Origin: Candidatus Wildermuthbacteria bacterium
GTDB taxonomy: Bacteria > Patescibacteriota > Minisyncoccia > Minisyncoccales > UBA10102
DNA: 64,000 nt
Direction: 5' to 3'
Assembly: GCA_016181405.1 (NCBI GenBank)
Contig: JACOZJ010000003.1
Coordinates: 106,749 to 170,748, forward strand
The notes beneath the pieces were generated by a model that was not told where the DNA came from, did not search any database, and saw only the letters and a list, made by a program, of their open reading frames with translations. The position numbers and the translations under genes are program-made. This document shows positions 16,959 through 26,171 of the stretch, one piece after another. Numbering within the stretch: the stretch's first letter is position 1; each line of letters starts with the position of its first letter.

Positions 16959-18386
16959 TTAAAAATCCACTACGAGCTCGGCGCCCTCTTCGTACTGCCG
17001 TGTCTTGTCGAGATCGGAAAAACTTACGACATTCGGGTTGAAGTACAACTTTACAGAACCTATGGGGCCATTCCGATGCTTTGCCACAATAATTTCCGCG
17101 ATATTTCCCGTATTTTGATCAGTCTCCTGCTTTTTATATTTATCTTCACGGTAAATAAACATCACCACGTCCGCATCCTGCTCCAAAGATCCTGACTCCC
17201 GCAGATCAGAGAGGCGCGGCCGAGGCGGGAAACGCTGTTCCACCGCGCGTGAAAGCTGCGAAATCGCAAGTACCGGTACGGTAAGTTCGCGCGCCAGCCC
17301 CTTGAGCTGACGAGAAATTTCGGTAACCTGCTGCACAATGCCCGTCAAACTGTTTGACGGCGTAATCAGCTGTAGGTAATCAATAATAATGAGTCCGAGG
17401 CCATGATTTGCCTGCAAACGCCGAGCCATTGCCCGCATGCGCAGCACGGTTTGCGAAGGGGTATCGTCGATATAGAGAGGAGCTTCAGATAATACGCCAA
17501 GCGCCTCCTGAATGCGGATAAAATCGTTGTCGTCCCCTTGGGAAGAAAGCTTTCCCGTGCGCAGCCGCCACGAATCCACGTTGCCTTGAGCCGCGATCAT
17601 ACGGTCGATTAACTGATCTTTCGACATCTCCAAACTAAAGAAGCCAACGGGAACGTGCTCTTGTACCGCGACTCTCCGCGCGATATCCAAAGCCAGAGCG
17701 GATTTTCCCAAAGAAGGGCGTGCCGCCAAAATAATAAGATCCGAAGGCTGAAAACCAGAGAGCAAATTGTCCATATCCGCAAAGCCGGTGGGGATGCCGC
17801 GCGTTGCTTTCTCATGCTTGGAAAGCTTATCGAGACGCTCAAATGCTTCTTCCAACTCTTCTTTAATGTGAATAAAGTTGTGCGAGAGCGATTTTTGAGC
17901 GATGGAAAAAATCTTCTGCTCGGCCTGATCTACGAGCACGTTGGGATCTTCCTTTTCATTATATCCCATTTGGCCGATTTCATAGGAAGTGGAAATCAAG
18001 TCGCGCAGAATCCTTTTATTCTGCACGGTTTTCGCGTAGCTCGCCACATGTGCGGCAGTAGGCACAGTATTGATAACTTCGGTCAAGTAGCTGCGCCCGC
18101 CGATTTCCTCTATTTTTTCCTTGTCTTTCAGTCGGCTTGAAACCGAAAGTAAATCAACGGGTTCGTTCCTGGCAAACAAATCCAGCATGGCTTCGTAAAT
18201 AATCCGATGGCTTGGCTTATAAAAATCGCGTGGCTCAAGCAAATCAGCCACCTTCACGATGGCCTCTTTATCCAGCATTAAACTCCCCAAAAGGCACATT
18301 TCAGATTCTATGCTTTGTGGAGGAAGTTTATCCAGCGCCTCTATTTTTCTATCTCCTGCCTGCGCAGGCAAACCTGCTTCTGCCAT
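16959..18386 (-). CDS. dnaB: replicative DNA helicase DnaB
   Basis: PPQSIESEMCLLGSLML N-terminal domain, Walker A ARPSLGKSALALD, IIIDYLQL, and SRQLKGLARELTVPVLAISQLSR. Confidence 0.9.
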   Translation of the reverse strand: MAEAGLPAQAGDRKIEALDKLPPQSIESEMCLLGSLMLDKEAIVKVADLLEPRDFYKPSHRIIYEAMLDLFARNEPVDLLSVSSRLKDKEKIEEIGGRSYLTEVINTVPTAAHVASYAKTVQNKRILRDLISTSYEIGQMGYNEKEDPNVLVDQAEQKIFSIAQKSLSHNFIHIKEELEEAFERLDKLSKHEKATRGIPTGFADMDNLLSGFQPSDLIILAARPSLGKSALALDIARRVAVQEHVPVGFFSLEMSKDQLIDRMIAAQGNVDSWRLRTGKLSSQGDDNDFIRIQEALGVLSEAPLYIDDTPSQTVLRMRAMARRLQANHGLGLIIIDYLQLITPSNSLTGIVQQVTEISRQLKGLARELTVPVLAISQLSRAVEQRFPPRPRLSDLRESGSLEQDADVVMFIYREDKYKKQETDQNTGNIAEIIVAKHRNGPIGSVKLYFNPNVVSFSDLDKTRQYEEGAELVVDF

Positions 18387-18396
18387 AGTATCTTTT

Positions 18397-19809
18397 CTAT
18401 ACCAGCTTTTTCAGTTTCCAGCCAGAGGGCGTATCTTCAACAGCCCAACCTCGCTTTTGCATTGCCGCGCGAAGCGCATCGGCTTCCTGAAAATCCCCTT
18501 GTCTGCGATATGCCTCCCGCTGCTCCGCGAGCTTTTTAATTTCTGCCGGAACAACCTGCTTCTCACGCCCCCGAAAAATAAAACCGAAAAGTTCGTCTAT
18601 CTCCTTAAGAAAAGCTAGAATTTCCTTCCTCTCTGCCTTCGATAGTTTTCCCTCGTCCATCCGCGTATTCTCCTCACGAATTAAATCGAACAAAATTGAA
18701 ATCGCCAGCGTCGTATTCAAATCATCTTCCATCGCCTTCTCGAAAGAATCCTTGATCCTTTTAAGTTTAAGGTTTGCTTGAGACTTGTCCGCCAGATGGC
18801 GGATTGAAGCTTGAGGTTTTTCACGCAGACGATCCATAAACTCGTCAATCTTCCCCAATTCATTCTGCGTCTGTTCGAGCACTTCCTCGGAATAATCAAT
18901 AGGGGAGCGATAATGCGTTTTTAGAACAAAGTATCGAAGAAGTCTAGGGGAATGTTCCTTTAGGAAATCCCGAATGGTAATGAAATTTCCCACAGATTTT
19001 GACATTTTTTCGCCCCTCACTGTAAGAAAGCCCGTATGCATCCAATATTTTACAAACGGCTTTTTGCCCGATACAGATTCCATTTGCGTAATTTCTGCCT
19101 CGTGGTGGGGGAATATTAAATCCTGCGCGCCTCCGTGAATGTCGTATTGCGGGCCAAAAAACTTTTCGGTAATGGCAGTATCCTCAATATGCCAGCCGGG
19201 CCTTCCCCACCCCCAGGGAGATTTCCACTTTGGCTCTCCTGGCTTACTAAACTTCCACAACGCAAAATCGCCCTTGTTACGCTTGCTGACAGACTCGTCT
19301 ATACGTGACACAGCATCTTTGGCCTGTCCTGTAGTGCGGCGAGAAAGCTTGCCATATTCTTTGAACTTGGAAATATCAAAATATATCCCATCACCTTCAA
19401 TTTCATAGGCGTATCCCTTTTTAAGCAAGCGCCGAATCTGATCGATTATTTCTGCGATATGGTCGGTTGCCCTTGCATAGGTGTTCACCGCGCTTACGCC
19501 TAAAGCCTTCATATCTGCCCGATATTCTTTCTCGAATCTTCGCGCCAGCTTTTTGGGATCTTCGCCAAGTTCTTTTGCGCGCTGGATAATCTTGTCGTCT
19601 ATATCTGTTACATTTTGCAAGTAAAAAACATCGTAACCCTTTTGGCGCAAATACTTTGCAATCATATCAAAAGCAATGTAGGTGCGCGCGTGCCCCAAGT
19701 GCGAAAAATCATAGACGGTAATACCACACACAAAAAAGTTTATCTTTTTGCCTTTTCTGGGCTTGAGTATTTCTTCTTTGCGCGAAAGTGTGCTATAAAT
19801 CTTCACCAT
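18397..19809 (-). CDS. cysS: cysteine--tRNA ligase
   Basis: HLGHARTY (HIGH) and KMSKS motifs with a typical MVKIYSTLSRKEE start. The 88-codon upstream ORF extension overlaps the divergent gene and is discarded. Confidence 0.9.
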   Translation of the reverse strand: MVKIYSTLSRKEEILKPRKGKKINFFVCGITVYDFSHLGHARTYIAFDMIAKYLRQKGYDVFYLQNVTDIDDKIIQRAKELGEDPKKLARRFEKEYRADMKALGVSAVNTYARATDHIAEIIDQIRRLLKKGYAYEIEGDGIYFDISKFKEYGKLSRRTTGQAKDAVSRIDESVSKRNKGDFALWKFSKPGEPKWKSPWGWGRPGWHIEDTAITEKFFGPQYDIHGGAQDLIFPHHEAEITQMESVSGKKPFVKYWMHTGFLTVRGEKMSKSVGNFITIRDFLKEHSPRLLRYFVLKTHYRSPIDYSEEVLEQTQNELGKIDEFMDRLREKPQASIRHLADKSQANLKLKRIKDSFEKAMEDDLNTTLAISILFDLIREENTRMDEGKLSKAERKEILAFLKEIDELFGFIFRGREKQVVPAEIKKLAEQREAYRRQGDFQEADALRAAMQKRGWAVEDTPSGWKLKKLV

Positions 19810-19852
19810 AATGGGCTCATCATACCATGGGGGGGACGAATTTTCCATGATA

Positions 19853-19861
19853 TGGTACAAT
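19853..19861 (+). promoter_or_regulatory. extended -10 element (TGgTACAAT) placed for a leaderless or near-leaderless mRNA
   Basis: TG-n-TACAAT ends at 19861 and the ATG of the next gene is at 19870. No SD is present in between. Confidence 0.4.
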
Positions 19862-19869
19862 AGCAACGC

Positions 19870-20487
19870 ATGAACAAAAACGACCTGTTTTTTAGCGCTG
19901 TTGCAGGACTTCTGGCCGCAGTTTTCCTGCTTGCCATAAAGTATTCCGGCAATATTATTACTATCCACGATATTTCGTATCTTGAGGCAACACTCTTGCT
20001 CTTTCCCGCACTGGCTGTGCTCGGCATTCGCATAGCGGCCATCTTCGGGCAGCGATTCTCCGTACTTTTTCAAGCGGCCAAGTTTCTCTTGGTAGGGGGG
20101 CTCAACACGTTCGTGGACCTTGGCATACTGAATATTCTCATTGCGGCAAGCGGCATTACCGCAGGAATCGGCTTTTCTATATTCAAGGGATTTTCATTCC
20201 TCATTGCAGTTGGGAACAGTTACCTCTGGAACAAATATTGGACATTTGGGGAAAAGAAATCGAAACAGGATTTTATAGCGCAAGGAAAGGAATTCGCCCA
20301 ATTTTTGCTAATAAGCGGCATTGGTTTTTTCTTAAACGTGGGGACGGCCTCTGCGGTAGTGAACTTTATCAGCCCGCAGTTCGGGCTTTCGGCCCGCGCG
20401 TGGCCTACTGTAGGAGCTTTAGCAGGAACATTGGTGGTCATGACGTGGAATTTTCTTGGTTATAAGTTTGTCGTATTCAAGCGATAA
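19870..20487 (+). CDS. GtrA-family membrane protein
   Basis: Four-TM layout with FLLVGGLNTFVDLGILNIL and YLWNKYWTF motifs typical of GtrA-like proteins. Confidence 0.7.
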   Translation: MNKNDLFFSAVAGLLAAVFLLAIKYSGNIITIHDISYLEATLLLFPALAVLGIRIAAIFGQRFSVLFQAAKFLLVGGLNTFVDLGILNILIAASGITAGIGFSIFKGFSFLIAVGNSYLWNKYWTFGEKKSKQDFIAQGKEFAQFLLISGIGFFLNVGTASAVVNFISPQFGLSARAWPTVGALAGTLVVMTWNFLGYKFVVFKR

Positions 20488-20488
20488 C

Positions 20489-21613
20489 ATGGTACTGTAT
20501 CGAAAATATCGCCCCAAATCCTTCAGCGAAGTTGCGGGCCAGGAACACATCGTGCAAACGCTTAAAAACGCAGTAGCAGGAGATCTGCTTTCGCACGCGT
20601 ATTTATTTTCAGGCCCGAGGGGTTCTGGCAAAACAAGTTTAGCCCGCCTCCTCGCCAAAGCAATTAACTGTGAACACTCGAAAGAAGGCCCGCCTGCGCA
20701 GGCAGGGGAACCCTGCAATGTCTGCTCGTTCTGTGAGGAAATAAATCATGGCCGCGCCATCGACTTAATTGAGATTGACGCCGCATCCAATAGGGGAATC
20801 GACGAAATGCGCGAATTGCGTGAAGGCATTGCGTTCGCCCCCGTCAAACTGAAATACAAAGTATTTATTATTGATGAAGCGCACCAGCTTACGAAGGAGG
20901 CCGCAAATGCTTTGCTCAAAACACTGGAAGAACCGCCCTCGCACGCTATTTTTATCCTTGCTACTACGGAAGCCCATAAGATGATTCCTACTATAGCTTC
21001 GCGTTGCCAGCGTTTTGATTTTCGCAAACTCACAGTGCCTGAAATCACGGGAAAACTCAAAGAAATAGTAAAAGCAGAAAACGCGGACATCGACAAAGAA
21101 GCACTCCAGCTCATTGCGCTGAACGCGGGCGGATCCTTACGCGATGCGCTTGGTTTGCTTGACAAAGTTTTGACTTTTCATTCTATTCTTGATACAAAGG
21201 AGGGGATCGGCGCAGATACCATAAAGACGCTGCTCGGGTTGGTGGATTTAAATCTCGTAGGCGAATTCGTCCAACTGCTTGCCGATAGAAAGGCCGGCGA
21301 AGCCGTCGATTTCCTCAACAAAAATTTGGAAGAGGGGATGGATCCTCAAGAATTCACCAAAAACCTCGTCCGCTATCTGCGGCATACGCTTGTGCTAAAG
21401 ATCAACCCGCAGCTGGAAAAAATGTTTGAGAACGAGTTTACGAAAGAGCAGTTGGAACGAATGCAACAACAATCGCAACAGTTTGACGAAAAGCTTTTGC
21501 CGCGTATCGTCGAAAACTTTATGGAAGCCGAGCAGAAAATGAAATATTCCAGTATAATACAACTCCCTCTGGAATTGGCGATTATTGAATCGTGCGGAAT
21601 AGGGGAGCAATAA
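20489..21613 (+). CDS. dnaX: DNA polymerase III subunit gamma/tau
   Basis: MVLYRKYRPKSFSEVAGQEHIV, Walker A GPRGSGKTS, a Cys zinc module, Walker B FIIDEAH, and SRCQRFDF. Confidence 0.85.
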   Translation: MVLYRKYRPKSFSEVAGQEHIVQTLKNAVAGDLLSHAYLFSGPRGSGKTSLARLLAKAINCEHSKEGPPAQAGEPCNVCSFCEEINHGRAIDLIEIDAASNRGIDEMRELREGIAFAPVKLKYKVFIIDEAHQLTKEAANALLKTLEEPPSHAIFILATTEAHKMIPTIASRCQRFDFRKLTVPEITGKLKEIVKAENADIDKEALQLIALNAGGSLRDALGLLDKVLTFHSILDTKEGIGADTIKTLLGLVDLNLVGEFVQLLADRKAGEAVDFLNKNLEEGMDPQEFTKNLVRYLRHTLVLKINPQLEKMFENEFTKEQLERMQQQSQQFDEKLLPRIVENFMEAEQKMKYSSIIQLPLELAIIESCGIGEQ

Positions 21614-21622
21614 TGCCGGACC

Positions 21623-21642
21623 ACCTGCCTGCGCAGGCAGGT
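21623..21642. repeat. perfect 20-nt GC-rich palindrome (ACCTGCCTGCGCAGGCAGGT)
   Basis: Lies 10 nt after the dnaX stop and 25 nt before tRNA-Gln. It shares the 15-mer GCCTGCGCAGGCAGG with 20691-20705 (inside dnaX) and 18356-18370 (inside dnaB, minus strand). Confidence 0.85.
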
Positions 21643-21667
21643 CTAATTGAAAACAAGAATTGAGTAA

Positions 21668-21738
21668 TGCGGGATCGTCTAATGGTAGGACATCGCCCTT
21701 TGGAGGCGAGTATCTTGGTTCGAATCCAAGTCCCGCAG
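21668..21738 (+). tRNA. tRNA-Gln (anticodon UUG)
   Basis: Acceptor TGCGGGA/TCCCGCA (U1-A72) and G73 discriminator typical of tRNA-Gln. Anticodon stem TCGCC/GGCGA with loop CTTTGGA, T arm CTTGG-TTCGAAT-CCAAG. Confidence 0.85.
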
Positions 21739-21756
21739 CAAGGAAGGAGGTGCGAG

Positions 21757-21963
21757 ATGGCAAGAACAGTAGACACCAAAAGGGTAGCGTTCTTCGAGAA
21801 GGAGGTGCAGAGTCTCTCCTTTTCCGATAGAGACGTGAAGGTAGAATGGTACACCCTCTCGCAGGGCATGAACAAGGCAACGCAAGATGCCCTTACGGCC
21901 GTACTGAAGAAGCACCGGCCGCACGTGGCGGAATCCATCGAGCGCGAGCTCGAACAGGTCTGA
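21757..21963 (+). CDS. hypothetical small protein
   Basis: 68 aa, with the ATG preceded by the strong SD aaGGAGGtgcgag and followed by a terminator. No recognisable motif. Confidence 0.45.
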   Translation: MARTVDTKRVAFFEKEVQSLSFSDRDVKVEWYTLSQGMNKATQDALTAVLKKHRPHVAESIERELEQV

Positions 21964-21988
21964 CGTTTGACAAGCCTAAGGGCTTCCA

Positions 21989-22020
21989 CCGGCTGTGCCC
22001 GAATCAGCCGGTTTCTTTTT
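21989..22020 (+). terminator. rho-independent terminator
   Basis: CCGGCTG ... CAGCCGG hairpin followed by TTTCTTTTT. Confidence 0.7.
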
Positions 22021-22088
22021 GGCTGGAAAAATCCGCAGGGATAGGATATGGTAAGTAAAGTCAAACATCCTTTTATTGTTGCGATACG

Positions 22089-23918
22089 GTGAAAAATATT
22101 TTTCACAAACCCTTGCGTAATTACACGATTTTAGCGTTGGTAATCATTTTTTTGATACTTGATTTTTTTGTCCCCGGTTCCCGATGGATGCTTCTGGTAG
22201 TAAGCATCGCTGGAGCAATTCCAACAGTTGTAGGCGCTGCCATATCTGCTTTTAGATTGCACATAAATATCGATGTTTTTAATATCTTCGCACTTGGCGT
22301 AGCGTTTGCCACTGGCGAAATCCAAGCGGCAGCTTTTATCGTCCTGATGCTGAATTCTGCAGAGTTATTAGATTTTTATACTGAATCGAAGGCCAAGAAT
22401 GCGGTGGAAAAGCTGCTCGCTTTAAAACCGCGGAAAGCGATTGTTGAAAAGGGCGGAAACTTACGCGAAATTGCTGTTGAAGAAATTAAACTAAATGATG
22501 TCGTAGTGGTAAAGGCAGGTTCCTTTATTCCAGTTGACGGCATCATCATCTTTGGAACCTCTTTTGTAAATGAAGGATCTGTGACAGGCGAATCCACGCC
22601 GGTTGAAAAAATCGTTGGCGACAATGTGTTAAGCTCAACGCTTAATGGATCTGGCGTACTGAAGATTAAGGCTGTTGGCGTGGGGAAGGAATCGACCATT
22701 GAGCGGATGGCAGCGTTAATCCGCGAGGCAGCCAAAAATAAGTCCAGACCAGAAAAATTAGCAGACCGTTTTGCTGCCATTTTCTTGCCGATCGTAATTA
22801 TTATTGGAGTTATTGTTTACCTTGTTACGAAGAATATCACCATGACTGCGGCGATATTTCTTGTGGCCTGCGCTGACGATATGGCGGTTGCCGTTCCCTT
22901 GGCTACTGTTGCTTCTATAGGGAGAGCGGCGAAACGAGGTGTAATTATTAAGGGCGGCGCATGGCTGAATGCGTTGGCTAAAGTTAAAACGCTGGTTCTG
23001 GATAAAACGGGAACGCTCACGTATGGGCAGTTTGCGCTTCAAGACGTATTGATAGAACCGGGCACTGCAAAAGAGGATTTTTGGCTGCGCGTTGGCGTTG
23101 CTGAAAAATATTCAGAGCATCCGGTAGGCCACGCAATTTTCAAGGAAGCAGTAAAATATACCAATGGAATTCCAGATCCTGATAAGCTAGAAATAGTGAA
23201 GGGGAGAGGCGTGCGAGCGCGATACCATGAAGAAGAAATCACAATTGGAAACGAGGTTTTTTTTAAGGAATTAAACATCGCCATTCCTGAACATGCAAAG
23301 GGAAGGGTTGGAGGCGTAGGATTCTCAGCAATGCCATCGTGGGTTGCTTTTGGCACAACATACGCAGGAGCAATCATGATTGCTGACGTGCCCAAAGAAG
23401 AAGCAAAAGAGAGTATTGAAGCAATACAAAAATTAGGAATTAACCGCATTGTTATGCTGACGGGCGATAAAGATACGGTGGCGAAGTCTATCGCTGACGC
23501 CCTGGGCATCAAAGAGTTTCGCGCCTCTATGAACCCGGAAGATAAGCTTCGCGAAATAGAAATGCTTGCCAATACAGGAGTAGTAGCGATGGTTGGAGAC
23601 GGCATTAATGATGCACCTTCTTTGAGCCGAGCAGACGTAGGAATCGCAATGGGCGGAGGCGGTACGGCAGTCGCAGTCGAAGCAGCTGATGTGGTTATTC
23701 TTACTGATCAGTTATCCCGTATTCCAGAAATGATTGAGCTTGGCCGTACCACCCGCGCTGTTATTTATACTGATATGGCAATCTGGCTTCTTTCCAATAT
23801 TATTGGCTTCGCGCTTGTTCTGACTGGTACTGCAGGATTAGTGCTTGCTGCCTTTTACAACTTTGCCACCGATTTCCTTCCGATTCTTAATTCTGCCCGT
23901 CTCTTTCGCAAGATGTAA
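22089..23918 (+). CDS. P-type (P1B-like) cation-transporting ATPase lacking an N-terminal metal-binding domain
   Basis: DKTGTLT phosphorylation site, an actuator-domain TGES motif, MLTGD, and a GDGINDAP hinge. The transmembrane CPC position reads ACADD. Confidence 0.85.
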   Translation: MKNIFHKPLRNYTILALVIIFLILDFFVPGSRWMLLVVSIAGAIPTVVGAAISAFRLHINIDVFNIFALGVAFATGEIQAAAFIVLMLNSAELLDFYTESKAKNAVEKLLALKPRKAIVEKGGNLREIAVEEIKLNDVVVVKAGSFIPVDGIIIFGTSFVNEGSVTGESTPVEKIVGDNVLSSTLNGSGVLKIKAVGVGKESTIERMAALIREAAKNKSRPEKLADRFAAIFLPIVIIIGVIVYLVTKNITMTAAIFLVACADDMAVAVPLATVASIGRAAKRGVIIKGGAWLNALAKVKTLVLDKTGTLTYGQFALQDVLIEPGTAKEDFWLRVGVAEKYSEHPVGHAIFKEAVKYTNGIPDPDKLEIVKGRGVRARYHEEEITIGNEVFFKELNIAIPEHAKGRVGGVGFSAMPSWVAFGTTYAGAIMIADVPKEEAKESIEAIQKLGINRIVMLTGDKDTVAKSIADALGIKEFRASMNPEDKLREIEMLANTGVVAMVGDGINDAPSLSRADVGIAMGGGGTAVAVEAADVVILTDQLSRIPEMIELGRTTRAVIYTDMAIWLLSNIIGFALVLTGTAGLVLAAFYNFATDFLPILNSARLFRKM

Positions 23919-23984
23919 CCAGCGAGGGAAACCCTACAATGGGTATAATCGACCGGGAAAAATAATTAGTGAACTACAAAAACC

Positions 23985-24596
23985 ATGAAATACAATACAA
24001 TTGCGCCAGACGAAATTATTCAGAAAACAATTACCTCTTTGAAAGAAAATGGGATTAATGCATTTGTCGTGGAAAATGGAAAGGAAGCGAAAGCTAAAGC
24101 ACTAGAGCTCATTCCCGCGCAAGCTGAAATAATGAACATGACTTCTGTTACCCTTGAAACGATTGGCATTCCAAAAGAAATCAACCAATCAGGAAGATAC
24201 AATTCGGTACGCAATCAGCTCAATAGCATGGATAGGAAAACCCAAAACAGCCAAATGCAAAAGTTGGGCGCTGCTCCAGTGTACGCAATCGGTAGCGTTC
24301 ATGCGGTAACACAAGAAGGGCAAGTGGTCATCGCTTCAAACACAGGGAGCCAACTGCCGGCGTACGCGTATGGGGCCGCAAAGGTAATTTGGGTGGTAGG
24401 AGCGCAGAAAATCGTAAAGGACTTGGATACCGCCTTCAAAAGAATTTATGAATACGTACTTCCGCTGGAAAGCGAACGCGCGAGAAAAGCATACGGTGTA
24501 GAAGGTAGCAATGTAAGCAAACTCCTCATTGTAAACAAAGAAATAGCCCCTAACAGAATAACCATCATCTTCGTTAAAGAGGTGCTTGGGTTCTAA
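23985..24596 (+). CDS. LUD-domain (LutC/YkgG-like, DUF162) protein
   Basis: 203 aa. The overall pattern (INAFVVENGKEAKAKALELIP...GSVHAVTQEGQVVIASNTG...) resembles LUD-domain proteins. Confidence 0.55.
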   Translation: MKYNTIAPDEIIQKTITSLKENGINAFVVENGKEAKAKALELIPAQAEIMNMTSVTLETIGIPKEINQSGRYNSVRNQLNSMDRKTQNSQMQKLGAAPVYAIGSVHAVTQEGQVVIASNTGSQLPAYAYGAAKVIWVVGAQKIVKDLDTAFKRIYEYVLPLESERARKAYGVEGSNVSKLLIVNKEIAPNRITIIFVKEVLGF

Positions 24597-24641
24597 AAAA
24601 ACTGGCAAACAAAGCTGATTTTTGGTAGACTAAGGTCGTTT

Positions 24642-26168
24642 ATGTTTCTCAAAAAGCCAATCGGCATTATTGCTTTGCTTGTCGTTACCGGAATAGGTAT
24701 CGGACTTTTTGTATTGCTCAAAGGAAACAATGCCCAAACGGAGGATTTTACTGTGGCCGAACGGAAAAACATTGTGCAGGAAGTAACGGTAACAGGCAAC
24801 GTAAAGCCTACCGAACGCGTAGAACTCGCTTTTGAAAAAACCGGAACAGTAAACAGAATCTTGGTCCAAGTCGGCCAGCGCGTGAAAGCCGGAGAGCTTT
24901 TGGCGCAGTTGGATACGAGAGATGCGCAACAGCAAGTTCGCAATGCGCAAGTAGAACTTGAAGCTGCGAAGGTTGCCTTACAGAAAATAAACCTCGAATA
25001 TACCCAACTTCTGCGTGGCGATACGTTAAACGAAAACTATGAAGACGGACTCGCCATTTTAGCAAACCTGTACAGCGAATACCAAGATATGCTGGATGAT
25101 TTGTACGATGTGCTATTTGGCTCTAATCTTTCGGGTGGGGGAGAAAACAATATTCAATACTACGCCAACGCTATCAAGGATTCTGCCGTGGTGCTGCGGC
25201 TTGAACGCCTTTATCGATCCGCAAAAGTCTCTTATGCGCAAAGCCTATTATCCTACCAATCAGCCCAACGCGGAAGCGGAGAGGAACGCCAGAACGCAAT
25301 CCAATCGGGTTATGACCTTGCCGTCCATACCGCAGAAATAATCAAGGTCGGAAGAGACACCATCCGCTCTTTCGAAGAAAAAATCCTTACAGACACCACC
25401 GTACACAGCAAGCAAACAATTATTGACGACCATATCGCTACTCTCAACGCTCACAGCGTTACCATCAATACTTATGTAACCGACCTGTTTGCGGTTGTAA
25501 GCGCAGTAAATACCGAACAAGATACAAGAGAAAACTATCCACTTACTGTAGCTTCACAAGAATTAACCGTACGACAAAAAGAAATAGCTCTCGAAGAAGC
25601 CGAAGAAAATCTTGCGAAATACTCCATTCGAGCGCCCATGGCCGCCGTGCTCGCAAAACAAGATATACGAATAGGGGAAACCATATCCGCAAATACCCCT
25701 GTCATTATCATTATTTCGGAATCCGAGTATGAAATAGAGGCAAACGTACCGGAAGCAGATATCGCGAAAATACGCGTAGGAAACCCAGCTCTCATCAGCC
25801 TTGATGCTTACGGCCGCGATGAGGTATTTCAAGCGAGCGTTATAAAAATCGATCCCGCAGAAATTATCATTGAGGGTGTCCCCACATATAAAATAACATT
25901 GCAATTCACCCAAACAGACTCTCGCGTTAAATCCGGCATGACTGCAAATATAAACATCAGGAGCGCGGAAAAAGAAAATGTTATTGCAATTCCACAACGG
26001 GCGCTTATACGAGAAAATGGCAAAAAATTCGTGCGAGTTCTTCGCGACGGAACGAGTGAGCGCGTCCAGGTGGAAACCGGATTGCAGGGATCCGATGGGA
26101 ATATTGAAATTGTTTCCGGCCTCAAAGAAGGCGACAAGGTAATCGTCTTCTTGCAAGAAAACCGCTAA
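24642..26168 (+). CDS. HlyD/MacA-like periplasmic adaptor (membrane fusion protein)
   Basis: N-terminal TM, a lipoyl-like hairpin (VQVGQRVKAGELLAQLD), a long coiled coil, and a C-terminal beta-barrel. It lies upstream of an ABC ATPase and FtsX-type permease. Confidence 0.75.
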   Translation: MFLKKPIGIIALLVVTGIGIGLFVLLKGNNAQTEDFTVAERKNIVQEVTVTGNVKPTERVELAFEKTGTVNRILVQVGQRVKAGELLAQLDTRDAQQQVRNAQVELEAAKVALQKINLEYTQLLRGDTLNENYEDGLAILANLYSEYQDMLDDLYDVLFGSNLSGGGENNIQYYANAIKDSAVVLRLERLYRSAKVSYAQSLLSYQSAQRGSGEERQNAIQSGYDLAVHTAEIIKVGRDTIRSFEEKILTDTTVHSKQTIIDDHIATLNAHSVTINTYVTDLFAVVSAVNTEQDTRENYPLTVASQELTVRQKEIALEEAEENLAKYSIRAPMAAVLAKQDIRIGETISANTPVIIIISESEYEIEANVPEADIAKIRVGNPALISLDAYGRDEVFQASVIKIDPAEIIIEGVPTYKITLQFTQTDSRVKSGMTANINIRSAEKENVIAIPQRALIRENGKKFVRVLRDGTSERVQVETGLQGSDGNIEIVSGLKEGDKVIVFLQENR

Positions 26169-26171
26169 CAT

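Noticed and set aside
19810-20073. 88-codon upstream extension of the cysS ORF
   Set aside because: It overlaps the divergent GtrA-like gene. The conserved CysS N-terminus begins at MVKIYSTL (19809).
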